A stretch of 64,000 bases of DNA, from NCBI GenBank assembly GCA_964016885.1, contig OZ024742.1, positions 58,776,001 through 58,840,000 of the forward strand, given 5' to 3'. This DNA is from Eledone cirrhosa. Lineage: Eukaryota. A model generated the notes under the pieces. That model did not search any database. It saw nothing but the letters and a program-made list of their open reading frames with translations, and was not told the DNA's origin. A program made the translations under genes and the position numbers. The number at the start of each line of letters is the position of its first letter. The stretch's first letter is position 1. This document shows positions 45,550-59,183 of this stretch, piece after piece.

Positions 45550-47654
45550 AAGAGGGAGAGAGAAATGAGTGTGCGTGTGCCTGTAGGTGTGTATTTTTGT
45601 GTTCCAGTATATATATATGTATATGTATATATACATGTATAAATATATATATGAATATATGATATGTATATATATGTATACATATATATAAGTGTGTACA
45701 TGCTTGTTAGTGTGAATGTGTGTTTATGTGCATGTGTGGGGGATGTGGTTGTGCATCTGTGTGTTTGTGTGTGTGTGTGTGTGTGTTTGTGTCTGTGTGT
45801 GTGTAAATTCAACTAAAAATGATGTGGAAACATTCGTAACTCTCACAAGAATATGATATGACAAACGTTAACATATTTTTATATCTACAATTGCGATAAA
45901 AAGACATATTTTCGGAGACAAGTACCGTTTTGAGTGAAATTTGGCTGTTATTTTTAGAAGTGTGGACATTCAGAGGGAAACTCCACCTCTGTTGACTCGT
46001 TTAAATACATTTCAGATGATATATGTGTCGACTTAGATATGAACGGTTTTTCTAACTCTTCTAACTAAACCACACAAAAAACCCCCAACTAGTGGCTTGT
46101 TGTATTACGTCGTGAAGTAGCGGAGTTATTAGTGCGTCAAACGAGATTCCTGGCGGTGTATGTACCGGGTTTCAAATTCCGCTAATAGGGAGAGACTCAA
46201 ATCTTCCCGAAACCAGCTTTGCTTTTCACCCTTTCGAGATATTCTCCTTGTTTTGGGGAGAAATAGTCTGTGTTTAGACATAGGAAACAAATTACTTACC
46301 AGGCTGAAATGTAAAAGGCATATTGTATATCATAGCGACTCTAATCTCCCTGAAGTCAGCTTTACTTTTTATCCTTTAAAGATATTCTCTTTCTCTTTGG
46401 AAGAAATATTCTGTGTTGAGTTATAGGAAAGGAATGACTCCCCAGGTTGAAATGTAAAAGACACGCTGTATATCATGACGGTAACCCTATGACTCCCACC
46501 AGGAGTTCAGGACCAAAAGGAGAAAGAAACATAACACATAGCCATATAAAAATAACATAACACAACGGCATATAAAATAATATATAGGCATATAAAAGAA
46601 ACAAACTACTTTCGTAGATATACAAAAATCTCATGCATGGAGGCAGCTTGGAACATGTTTAACCACACTTCTAACAACAGACATAACTGATATAATATTA
46701 ATAGGAACCATGTTTTTCCGCCATAAATAGTGTTACGTCAACCAATCTAACAAATATAATTATCCATGATGAAACAAAACAAAAAACAAAAAAAAACAAA
46801 ACAAAACAAAAAAAACAAACAAAACAAAGTGATCTGTGATTCCATGAAATATTGCGACCCGGAAATATGGTCAATAAAGTAAGAATACCGCCATTGATGG
46901 TTGGAAGCATGAGTACAAACAGAACCACTTAGACACCCACATAAAGCATAAAGGAAAACAAATGTAATACACAAACAAAAGAAAAATATAATCGACTAAA
47001 GCCAAGAATAAGTATATTCATTTCTAAATCTGGGGACACTGGGTAATGTTCAACCGGAAACCAACAATATATACTTGAGTCCATTCAGAAGTGGCAAAGA
47101 AATAAAACAAACAAACAAATAAATGAATAAATAATAATAATAATAATAGTAGTAGTAGTAGTAGTAGTAGTAGTTATAGTAGTAGTAGTAGTAACACTAA
47201 TAATAATAATAATAATAATAATAATAAGAAGAAGAAGAAGAAGAAGAGGAAGCAGAAATGGCAAGGCAGCTGCCGGTGAAAGTAATAATATATTTCCGTT
47301 TTCAATTCATATTTCAGTGATGTTGCTTTGGTAGTAAGATGTATTAGTTCCTATTAATAAGGCGAGGAAAACCACAGACTCAGAGCTCGAGCTCGTATAC
47401 GTATGAGTATAGAATTGTACACATATATATGTATGTATATGTATATGTGCACACACACACACATATATATATATACACACACACATACAAGGGTAGGTTG
47501 AAAAGTTCATAGGTTGAATATGAAGGAGTGATGCTAGAGCTGTGAAATCCTGCATTAATTTCAACTCTTCTAATTAATAACTTCATTGTTTCTTTCCAGG
47601 GACTATGTTGAAAAAGTAAACCTCATTTTGTCATTGCTTATATATATATATATA

Positions 47655-47817
47655 TATCCGTATGTGGTTGACGGCTGAGAGAAAAGAGTACTCAATACCG
47701 AAGTAGAGTTTTAATATTCATTTTATTAAGGCTAAATGGTGAGTCTTGTTACTCTGGAGTTTCGCCTGTTTATCACAGTGTCATCAGACAGGCTAAACTC
47801 CATAGTAACACGACTCA
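47655..47817 (-). mobile_element. Fold-back mini element with hammerhead core 47747-47790
   Basis: Minus: TGT CTGATGA CA-CTGT-GATAA-ACAG-GC GAAA CTC-CA-GAG TA ACA; inverted arms 47740-47769 / 47788-47817; 3' motif ACTCTACT..TATTGAGTAC. Confidence 0.65.
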
Positions 47818-47997
47818 GGATTGGCAGTATCAGTAGAGGGTCGGACGCCATGCTTTCCAGCATAGTTACGTCCCTTTACGATCTGAGTTCAAATCCCGCC
47901 GAGGTTGATTTTGCCTTTCATCCTTACGGGGTCGATAAAATAAAGTACCAGTAATGCACTGGGTAATTGCTGGCCTTGTGCCTAAAGTAGAAACAAC
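47818..47997 (+). mobile_element. tRNA-derived SINE copy
   Basis: GGATTGGCAGTATCAGTAG..GAGTTCAAATCCCGCCGAGGTTGATTTTGCCTTTCATCCTTACGGGGTCGATAAAATAAAGTACCAG. Confidence 0.88.
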
Positions 47998-48018
47998 TAT
48001 TTAACTTTAATAAAATGA

Positions 48019-48060
<42 letters not shown>

Positions 48061-48100
48061 TTGTTTTGCAAGATATGAAATCGTGTGTCGAAACAAATAT

Positions 48101-48534
48101 TATTATACTTGGGGAGGGTCATATTGTTGTAATAATATTGCCAGAAATAATAACAGAACACACTCACTGTTTGGTGGTTTTCGCTTATGTATCTTTTATA
48201 TCCCCATAGTTAATTATTTGGCAATCAATGTTTATCATTGATTGACCAACGGTTAAAAATGCAGATGTAAATATATATATATATATATACTCTATCAAAG
48301 TTATTTCGTTGCACATCTGCAACATCATCAGTGGTACTAGTATGTTCCCTTCTATTGTATATATGTATATCTGTATTTTTAACCGTTGGTCAATCAATGA
48401 TAAACATTAATTACTAAATAAATTAACTATGGAGATATAAAAGATACAGAAGCGAAAACCAGCCAAACAGTGAGTGTGTTCTGTTATTATTTCTGGCACA
48501 ATATTATTACAACAATATGACCCTCCCCGAGTAT

Positions 48535-48537
<3 letters not shown>
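48101..48537. mobile_element. Fold-back element (relative of the 30295 element) with hammerhead 48293-48336 (minus) in the loop
   Basis: Arms ~48101-48280 / 48358-48537; terminus TTATACTTGGGGAGGGTCAT matches 30298; minus TACCA CTGATGA T GTTGCA-GATG-TGCAAC GAAA TAAC TT TGATA. Confidence 0.8.
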
Positions 48538-48604
<67 letters not shown>

Positions 48605-48607
<3 letters not shown>

Positions 48608-49083
48608 GTTATGCAAGAAATGCTTAGGATTATCCTGAATGCAGTAATGGTTAATTACTACACTAGATAGAGTTGACGTACGGTAAGGGGTTACTCAACG
48701 AGTTGTGGAAGAATAGTTGAAGAAACTCAGTTTCTGATCCTTCTGTATTCCGGAGTGTAGATAAAGATTGAATAATAACAGGTAGACATCATAAAAAAGG
48801 TAATTTATTCCGAGTGCTTACAAATGTTTCAACAGTAGTTATACAGCCTAGTCATGCTATGTGCAAATTGGTAATTATTTGCTTCTACCGTTTCCTCAGA
48901 GCAGAATGATTCTGTTCTGAGGAAACGGTAGAAGCATCATTTGAAAATTATGTTTCTGCAAATAATTACAAATAATTACCAATTTGCACATAGCATGACT
49001 AGGCTGTATAACTACTGTTGAAACAATTGTAAGCACTCGGAATAAATTACCTTTTTTATGATGTCTACCTGTTATTATTCATT

Positions 49084-49089
<6 letters not shown>
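48605..49089. mobile_element. Fold-back element with two hammerheads (48815-48903 minus, 48913-49035 plus)
   Basis: Arms 48761-48907 / 48909-49089; TG(C/T)T CTGAGGA AACGGTAG...CTACTGTT GAAA CAATTG TA AGCA. Confidence 0.85.
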
Positions 49090-49146
<57 letters not shown>

Positions 49147-49159
49147 CGTGTGCGTGTGC

Positions 49160-49226
<67 letters not shown>

Positions 49227-49239
49227 CGTGTGCGTGTGC

Positions 49240-49288
<49 letters not shown>

Positions 49289-49295
49289 CGTGTGC

Positions 49296-49341
<46 letters not shown>

Positions 49342-50297
49342 TAATGCGAACACACTATCTTGTGTATGTTTTTGCATTGATATCATTGTATACCTATAGT
49401 ATATATGTAGATGGAAATAGTAATGAAAACTGCAGAGTTTTATGGTTCCTGATTAGTTTAGCAATTCAATATGATAGTAATCGATGGAAGACCTCCCCAA
49501 CATCTATGGTATGTCTATACACTCTAATAGAGTAGGATTTATTTATTTAGTATTTGTCATCTCTGAGGATGAGAAAGCTAAAGCATGTATTATAAGCCAT
49601 AATATTAGATCTTATTTTAAAATCTTTATCAGAAGTTTAGTCGTTCTTTAGTCACAGGAGGTGAATATGGAATGTGTGGTAGTAGCACCTTCCAATTACC
49701 ATAACAGAAATCGAACAGAGGAATTCTCTGGGAGCTTCCAAAATAATCTATTTTCCAACCACCTGAATGCACCATATTTAGAACATTTCCTGTTTATCTT
49801 ACGCACGTACTTTATTTTAATTCTATTTTTTTTTTAAGTTGTCAATTGTTTGATGTTTGGAAAGTGACTGGACAAACTTGTTTAGTGTGTTTGAAGTAGT
49901 TATTGATATTTGCCAAGCAATCGGATATGAGAATTAAAGGCCTTGCGTTAGTGGCAGAAAGCAGCAGAAAGCAGCACAAAGCATTAATAACTTTCTCCAT
50001 TTTTCCGAATGATATTTGGTTTGTTGGTGGTCAAGAATAGGAAATCCCTTGCCGGAATTTCACCACAGTGAATGGAACAAATAGACTAGTCACTGAAAAC
50101 AACAACAAAACAAAAAAAAAAACAACAAAAAAAAAAACAACAAAAAAACAAACAAGAGGAACAGGCAAACAAACAAATAAATAAACAGGCGACACAACAA
50201 AAACAAAAACAGCGTTTCATATTTCCGTGGAAAATAATTCTAAAACAGATATTTGTCATATCTGGGATCTGAACGCTTTTCCTTTATTGGCAAATTG

Positions 50298-50505
50298 CAG
50301 TGGATTGGCAGTATCAGTAGAGAGTCGGACACCAAGCGTTGCAGCATAGAGTTACGGCCCTTTATGGCCTGAGTTCAAATCCCGCGAGGTTAACTTTGCC
50401 TTTCATCCCTACGGGGTCGATAAAATAAAGCACCACTGGGGGTCGATTTAATCGACTTTCCCCTCCCCCCAACTTAGTGGCCTTGTGCCTATAATAGAAA
50501 TCATT
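50298..50505 (+). mobile_element. tRNA-derived SINE copy
   Basis: Full head, core and tail of the family. Confidence 0.85.
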
Positions 50506-51544
50506 TATTGGCAATGCTGAAACGTAATGCCTTCTTAAGGATTCCCAAAATATAGCAGCGGACTCTAGACAACGAAAAAGCACAACAGGTGATTGACATG
50601 AAGTGTAGATAATATTCTAATTTGAAGATTTAAATTTTGACCTCATGCCTTAACAGGAAACAGTTGATATTTTGTGTTTACTTCCTAACATGTTCCATCC
50701 CTTCTCTCTGCCTCTGATTAATGGACATTTCAAAAGAGGGACCTCTGAGATTGAAAATTTGAAAGGAAATAATAAAACTCTGTCCTATTAAAACCATATT
50801 GTTATAGCTTTCAAATCTATTCAACACACACACACACATACACACGCGCGCGCGCGCAATGTCTTTATGAATAAGGATTTATAGAAATATATATATATAT
50901 ATATATGCATATATACTTAGGCGAACACATATATGTATAATATACACACATAATATATTTGTGCTTACGTGATAAAGTGTACACGAGAATGAGAAAGAAA
51001 GTGAGAGAGAGCGAGTGAGAGAGAGAGAGAGAGAGAGTGCGTAAGTGTGTGTGTGTATATATATATATGAGTGCGTGTGTGTGTATACGATAGTGTGTAT
51101 GTGTTAATATTTTATTAGCTGTCCTCATAATGAAAGCCTCAGCGGATGTAGCAATAAATCAGAAGAAACGCAAGTTATGCAACTGAAAAAATAAATGAAA
51201 ATGCATGTTCAGGCTTCCCTAATAAAACGACTAAATATAATTTATATTTCTAAATTACTGAGCTAACATATATATGAAAAAAAACATAAAATAACGTTTT
51301 AATTACATGTTTCTTGAATATATTGAAACAACAAATTTTCTTAATGAAACATGGAGAATATATTTTTCTATGTAGAATTGTAAATAATCCTAATTTGTAA
51401 ATATAGATCCGGTTAGTTTGTAGGCCACGAATTTGGTAGAATTGTTTGAGGGTAGGAACAAAGCAACTTGCACCGGCCTATTTGGGGCGGTAGATTTCAT
51501 CAGTCACTCAGTTTGACACGTCCACCTGGTCCTTGGGTGCCTTT

Positions 51545-51598
<54 letters not shown>

Positions 51599-51671
51599 CC
51601 TGTATATATATGCACACACACACGTACATATATATACACACTGTGTATATATACACACACATACATATGTA

Positions 51672-51729
<58 letters not shown>

Positions 51730-51779
51730 AGATATATGCATACATATGTGTTTATAATAATATGTGCATACACACACGC

Positions 51780-51814
<35 letters not shown>

Positions 51815-52261
51815 TATATACAGGTGTACATACATAAATAAATAGATATAAGACTATGTACAGGTAATTACGTACGCAGACACCCATCCGCACCCATGTA
51901 TACACGTACACATGCAGCATTAAATTCATAATATATATGTAGGTGTTGGCCCAGATTAACCATTCACCAATATCAGCATGTGTCTAAGGAAGAGGAATCA
52001 CAGAGGTGTTTCCATCGCTAGATCGACCTTAGTACAAATAACAAAGTAAGTCATTTTTTTTTTTATTAATGAATAAGCAAATGCTGAAATTTGCATTTTT
52101 GTGTGACTCTAGTTATAAGAAAAAAAAACCGTGTGTGACGTTCGAACTCCCGAGCGTACGAAGTGCCGAGGAAATAAATCTATAAAGGATGTAGGCTGCT
52201 CAAGCGCAGAAAATGATTGCAATTACAATCAGTTGCTATAAAATAGGCCATACAAATCGGG

Positions 52262-52333
52262 TACGCTACGAGGAATCGAACTTCTTATCATTCAGAGACT
52301 GATTGAGAGCTCTCTGAATTGAGCTAAGGAACC
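52262..52333 (-). pseudogene. tRNA-like remnant (A and B boxes, no acceptor stem)
   Basis: Minus GGTTCCTTAGCTCAATTCAGAGAGC...AGTTCGATTCCT. Confidence 0.4.
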
Positions 52334-52532
52334 TATGACAACATTCCTACTGACTAAATTAAAGAGCTGAATCAAACAGCACTCAACAGTGCATTGTGGA
52401 AACAATAGCAATAACCCGCCAGTGGCATAGCACTAAATGGAAACTGCATAATTAATTTTTGTTCATTTCAATTTTTTTCATATTATTCTATTCATGTAAT
52501 CTTTATTCGTGTTATTTTCTGTTCACGTAATA

Positions 52533-52590
52533 GCTGTCTGATGAGGTCGTAACTGTTACATGACAGTTACCATAGAAATATGTATAAAAT
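52533..52590 (+). ncRNA. Degenerate hammerhead-like motif
   Basis: CTGATGA GGTC-GTAACTGT..ACAGTTAC-CATA GAAA TATG TA; stem I not paired. Confidence 0.3.
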
Positions 52591-52732
52591 GATGTAAATT
52601 CTACTTCATTGTTATACGAATAATCCGGAGTACACAAACATACGCATATGCATCGTTGAGGGACCGATTCAGCGTTCACTAGTGTTGGTTGATTAATTAA
52701 CACAAAATATATCACTGACTGCTGAGGTCCAA

Positions 52733-52780
<48 letters not shown>

Positions 52781-52873
52781 ATACTATTGATACTCTGCTC
52801 CCCAAGGGGATCGAGTATATGCTCATTCGGCATACCGCCTATGGACGCAATTAATTTGTACCTTAATACCTGA

Positions 52874-52950
<77 letters not shown>

Positions 52951-53324
52951 TATATATATATACATACATACATATATATACACATACATATATACATACA
53001 TATACACATACAGACACGTATAACATACAGTTATAAATACGATCCGTTTTCCCCATTCCCTTGCTTCCCATAGAATTTCTGCAAGATGGCTGGACACCGA
53101 GGGAAGATTTATTACAGTTCGTGACGTACCACTAGAAGTTTTAGACAAAAAGTCACATACATATAATCATGCACACACACACACACACGCGCGCGCGCAG
53201 ACACACTCCCATATGTAGAAGTAAGAGTGGGCGGTGCTCCAGCAATAACTTTACTGTCTTTGATTAAAACAATATATATATGTATATATATATATATATA
53301 TACACACACATTATATATATATAT

Positions 53325-55181
53325 GGTGGCTGCCAACTCGTTTTCGAGTACGGCCACTACTTTATATCCATGTAGGAGAACCCCTACTGATGCGCTGAAC
53401 GAGTGTGACATTTTAGTCCAGCCAGCGACTTGAAAACTCTGGTACAAACACTACACTTGTGACAATTATTGACACATAATGCTGGGCCCATGGTACCCTG
53501 TGATGACAAGTGCAGAGAGATCTCCAGATATAAAGCAATGCCTGTGCCGTGAAGCTTTTATAGTGAGCAAAGGCACTGCACAAAGCCAGTCCCACTCTCT
53601 TAACCAAGATGATATTTACCAAAAAGAAGAACAAGTCAACATCATTGGATACCATCAGGGTTGCAGGTGTTATATCAGAGTTTTCCTTCTCCTAGAATTC
53701 TGCCTTGACAAAGGCTAAGGGGTCATCTCTCCCGGTGATTTTGGATGGCCATTGACTCTTAAGAGCTCCTTTGCCTTTTGACAGGTTTTGTTTTTAGTCC
53801 TGCAGGATGTCCAAAGTTACCCTCCTCACCAAGAAACCTTAGTGGGGTTGCACATACATACATACCTACATATATACATACATACCTACATATATACATA
53901 TATACCTACATACCTACATACACACATACATACCTACATATATACATACATACACACATACATACCTACATATATACATACATACACACATACACACCTA
54001 CATGGTGGCTGCCAACTCAATTTCTAGTACGGCCACTACTTTATATCCATGTAGGAGAACCCCTACCGATGCGCTGAACGAGTATGACTTTTTAGTCCAG
54101 CCAGCGACTTGAAAACTCTGGTACAAACACTACACTTGTGACAATTATTGACACATAGTGCTGGGCCCATGGTACCATATGACGACAAGTGCAGAGAGAT
54201 CTCCAGATATAAAGCAATGCCTGTGCCGTGAGCTTTTATAGTGAGCAAAGGCACTGCACAAAGCCAGTTCCACTCTCTTAACCAAGATGATATTTACCAA
54301 AAAGAAGAACAAGTCAACATCATTGGATACCATCAGAGTTGCAGGTGTTATATGAGAGTTTTCCTTCTCCTAGAATTCTGGCTTGACAAAGGCTAAGGGG
54401 TCATCTCTCCCGGTGATTTTGGATGGCCATTGACTCTTAAGAGCTCGTTTGCCCTTTGACAGGTTTTGTTTTTAGTCCTGCAGGATGTCCAAAGTCACCC
54501 TCCTCACCAAGAAACCTTGGTGGGGTTGCCAGTTTAGTCGCCAACGACCCGACCATGAGACATGTTGTACTGGGATACATGTTACCTGGGATACATACCT
54601 ACATACACACATACATACATACCTACATACCTACATACACACATACATACCTACATATATACATACATACACGCATACATACCTACATATATACCTACAT
54701 ACCTACACATACCTACATACATACATACACATAACTACATATATACATACATACCTACATACACACCTACATATATACATACCTACCTACACACATACAT
54801 ACACAGACAAAAAGGTGCAAACTGTTTAAATTCCAGTTCACCCACACCACCTCAACCCACCCCTATCGCCCCTATTCACCCCTATTCCAGACCTCCAATA
54901 ACATTTCAATATTTCAACTTCTCTTTGGAGGTGGACGGTTGCTCCAGCTCGGTCTCATACTCTATTGTCACTTTTGGACGTCTTTTTGACATTTTCTTTG
55001 TTTTTCCTTTGTGATGTTCTGCTGATAACGATGATGGTGCTTGCTTCCGTTTCTTATCTTTCCCGCCCGTCGTTGCTAACGTCAACACTAGTACCTTGTT
55101 GTCATTGACGACATCTCCTTCATCATTGCTAGAGTTGTAATCACTCAACCGAAGATCCTCAAGATCTTCAATGTCACTATG

Positions 55182-55223
<42 letters not shown>

Positions 55224-55265
55224 ACAATATGTCACAATGAGTGACAATGAGTGACAATGAGTGAC

Positions 55266-55347
<82 letters not shown>

Positions 55348-55763
55348 TGGTTGCCAACTCGTTTTCGAGTACGGCCACTACTTTATATCCATGTAGGAGA
55401 ACTCCTACCGATGCGCTGAACGAGTGTGACTTTTTAGTCCAGCCAGTGACTTGAAAACTCTGGTACAAACACTACACTTGTGACAACTATTGACACATAG
55501 TGCTGGGCCCATGGTACCATGTGACGACAAGTGCAGAGAGATCTCCAGATATAAAGCAATGCCTGTGCCGTGAAGCTTTTATAGTGAGCAAAGGCACTGC
55601 ACAAAGCCAGTCCCACTCTCTTAACCAAGATGATATTTACCAAAAAGAACAAGTCAACATCATTGGTAACCACCAGGGTTGCAGGTGTTATATCAGAGTT
55701 TTCCTTCTCCTAGAATTCTGCCTTAACAAAGGCTAAGGGGTCATCTCTAAGGGGTCATCTCTC
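53325..55763 (-). mobile_element. Three copies of a short RTE-derived non-autonomous element (53325-53851, 54004-54590, 55346-55763)
   Basis: Highly similar ~420-590 nt copies. Minus strand ends in a C2H2 remnant CSVCTRVFKSLAGLKSHTRSAH* and carries RTE-5'UTR-like GGAGAAGGAAAACTCT; no RT between them. Confidence 0.7.
54906..55178 (-). pseudogene. MAK16: MAK16-like C-terminal coding fragment (last exon or truncated retrocopy)
   Basis: SDIEDLEDL..acidic..basic..[26 protein letters not shown] recalls the MAK16 C-terminus (SD.ED..., KR..VEIEYE.E); recognised from memory. Confidence 0.6.
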
Positions 55764-56519
55764 CTATATACATACATACATACATACATACATACATACA
55801 CACACATATGCATATATATGTATGTATATATATACATACACACCATCACACATATATATATGTGTATATATATATATACATACTTACATACACAAATGTA
55901 TACACACACAAACACACACACATATATATATACACACACACCTAAGGAATAAAATAAATGAATAAAAAGATTAACAAAACAAAAAAAGCATGGAAATAGC
56001 AGAATAGCAAATAATAGTAAATATCATCGGAATAACGGAATAAATAAAACGTAACAATGGAAAACAAAAACAAGGAATAAAACAATCTAATAAAATAACA
56101 GATTAAAGAACATTGGAATAAAAGAATAATAAAAATTCAATGCACGACCTTTCAACTTGGAGTACAATTTATCGTAGAAAAGAGGCAACATTTGGTAACC
56201 AAATGTGTGACTATTTCTTTTATATTTATTCCGTCATTGGGTCAGTTCAGTTCAGTTTTCTCTTGTATTATCCCACCACTCCATACTAAGCATTGTTATC
56301 AATATAGTTGACATTTTCCTGCATTTTTTAAAATATACATTTTTGAACAATTTTTCTTTTGATTTTTTCTCTCTCTATCCTCCTCTATTTTCGTTCTCTA
56401 TGCTCTTGTCCTACAAAGTTGATATTCTTTGATCTGTTGACACATTGATATATATGTACCTAACTATATTAGATTATATTACACAGCTTCGTATGTTATC
56501 TTTGGCAAATAAAAAAAAT

Positions 56520-57926
56520 CATTAAGGTGGCCTCCCTCACCCAGAAATGGACCGAGAGGAAGCTGTCCCTGAAAGGCCGGGCGGAGGTGGCGAATGCGTA
56601 CATCGCATCCGTCATCTGCTACCGCCTCACCGTCGTCCCTTGCCCCGGCCCAACTCTCACCAAAATGGAGCGCCTGCTCTTCCGCTTTTTGTGGAAGGGA
56701 TGCGCTCCCATGGTCAGACGATCCATCTGCTGTCAACACCCGTTGCGTGGAGGACTGGGCATGCTATGGCTGATGATGCGCAAACATGCGCTGAGGCTGC
56801 GACATCTCTGGTGCTTCCTTGACGGTGAACAGGTGTGGTCGCCGTTCGCCAGGCACGTTTTCCCACAGCTCGTTTCCTTGACGGAGTTGCAGTCCTGGGT
56901 CAGGAAAAGACCGAGGGATAGCGCTTGGAAACTGGAATGTCTCCAGGCGCTTACTGCCCTCTGCCAGCTGGGCACCAGTATCGGTGGAACATCTACCTCG
57001 GGGTTCTATGGAGAACTAGTGGAGGGGAAGAGCGACGACGTTCTCGGAGAGATCCTGGGCGTCGAAGAAGATCAGCTGTTTGCTCTCTTCCGGAGAACTT
57101 TCAGCCCAGGGCCTATGGATAACTTCCAAAAATCCCTGGCCTGGCAGTGATACCGGGGAGCGTTGCCGGTTCGAGATAAGCTCTACAGGCACGGAAGTGC
57201 TGTCAGCCGAGCTTGTCCGAGATGCGCGCAGAGCGACGAAACCGTCGTGCACGCACTCGTTCAGTGCCCGAGCATTGCTAACTTGTGGAGCTATGTCGAA
57301 CAGTTGCTGTCGCGTGTAGGACCGATCCGGTTATCGACTGAGTCCATTGTGCAGATGGTCTCGCCGTTTTCCTTCGAGGAGGAAGGGCAGGCGGTTTTCA
57401 TCTGCCTGGTGGCCATGGCGAAAGAGATTGTGTGGTGGACAAGGTTGAAAGGGTTAAAGACAGACACTTTCCTCTTCGGTGAATCCCTAATTTTTCAAGT
57501 TTCACTTGAAGAGGAAAATCAGGGTGGAGAGGGACGTGCTGACTTCTAGCAAGTTTGTTGAAAGGTGGGTGAATGTAGCGAGAATGGTCCGAATGAACGG
57601 GACTGCTCTGAATATACGCCTGTAGTTTGAGAAATGGAAAAATTGAGAGAGGGCGCTTGCCCTGGTGGTCAGGGTGGCCGTGGTCTTTTGTGTGGTTTTC
57701 GCCACGAGTAACCCTCGGAGGTTTCCTCCCTGTTGGGAATTTTTCATTGTTTCAATTTTCATTTATATTGTTTATATATATATATGTTTCTATGTCTTTT
57801 TTTTTCTTTTCTTATATAAAAAATAAAAATCTTTACACGAACAAAACCCACATCGTACCGTCCTGTACCGTTCTGTGCCGTCTGTAATGTTTTTCTTGAT
57901 GTCAGCTCTTGTGGCCAATAAATAAA
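56520..57926 (+). pseudogene. Tx1/L1-clade LINE 3' part (post-RT, zinc-binding region, 3' UTR)
   Basis: KWTERKLSLKGRAEVAN, FRFLWKG, RGGLG, CPRCAQSDETVVHALVQCP; internal stop and frameshift; AATAAA near 57917 then (ATT)n. Confidence 0.9.
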
Positions 57927-57960
57927 TCATTATTATTATTATTGTTATTATTCTTATTAT

Positions 57961-58610
57961 TCTTTGAGTCTCAGTCATTGATGTTATTTAACTGGAAAGT
58001 TTGTTGAAATGAATATCAAGCCACTACCTGCAGCCTCAGATATTCAGGACGTACCGGAGGGTTCTTGCTGTTCCCAGCAAGCATGCCCTTTGAAGTGTTC
58101 CAAAAAGCGGGGCTGGACTAATTTTCTTTTACCATCCTTGGAAACTATTTGAGATAGTACCTAGTGCGCCTATGACAATCGGGACGACTCTGACTTCATG
58201 GCAGTTCCAAATCCTTTTTACCTCCCACTTTAAGTCCTGGTATCGGTTAATTTTCTCCCTCTCCTTCTCTTGCACTCTCGTGTCGAATGGGCAGGCTACA
58301 TCCACAATGAGGCATGATCTTTTTTCCTTGTCCAAAACCACCAGGTCAGGCCTATTGTGTTCCAGTTTCTTGTCCGTCTGTATCCTAAAATCCCATAGCA
58401 CCTTCACCTGATCGTTTTCTATCACCGACTCTGGCTTATGCTCATACCACTTCTCAGAATGTAGTAAATTGTTTACTTTGCATAGGTGCCAGTGGATCAC
58501 CCTGCCTATCACATCATGTCTCCAGCCTTTATAGTGAGTCTGAGCTAGGTATTTACACTCGGATACAATGTGAGCCACAGTCTCCTCTCTCTCTCCACAG
58601 ATCCTACACA

Positions 58611-58611
<1 letters not shown>
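57961..58611 (-). pseudogene. Dong/R4-clade LINE 3' fragment (CCHC + restriction-like endonuclease)
   Basis: CRICGEREETVAHIVSEC, RHD, LWDF.IQTD, NRPDLVV, IVDVACPFD, KINRYQDL, PIVIGALG; premature stop at 58129; (ATT)n both sides. Confidence 0.9.
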
Positions 58612-58679
<68 letters not shown>

Positions 58680-59025
58680 GTTCTTTGAGTCTCAGTCATT
58701 GATAGTTAACTGGAAAGTTTGTTGAAATGAATATCTAGCCACTACCTACAGCCTCAGATATTCAGGACGTATCGGAGGGTTCTTGCTGTTCCCAGCAAGC
58801 ATGCATTTTGAAGCGTTCCAAAAAGCGTGGCGTGGCGGGGATTTTTTATTATTATTATTGTTCTTTGAGTCTCAGTCATTGATGTTAGTTAACTGGAAAG
58901 TTTGTTAAAATGAATATCAAGCCACTACCTGCAGCCTCAGATATTCAGGACGTATCGGAGGGTTCTTGCTGTTGCCAGCAAGCATGCCTTTTGAAGCGTT
59001 CCAAAAAGCGTGGCGGGGTGGGGCT
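58680..59025 (-). mobile_element. Two additional ~165-nt 3' ends of the same Dong/R4 family, each bounded by (ATT)n
   Basis: 58680-58842 and 58860-59025 match 57961-58112. Confidence 0.85.
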
Positions 59026-59183
59026 TTTATTATTATTATTATTTGCATTTATCTTGCTTTATGTTTATACGAGTTATCACCAAGTCACAACCAGTGACCT
59101 CAAGAGACAACAAGGTCCGCCATGTTCAAGAAAGAACACACATATTCACACATGCATCCTTAGTGTTTAGACTTGTGATGTAC

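Noticed and set aside
54480-54590. HDV-like ribozyme in the putative RTE 5' UTR
   Set aside because: Could not build the nested double pseudoknot by eye on either strand
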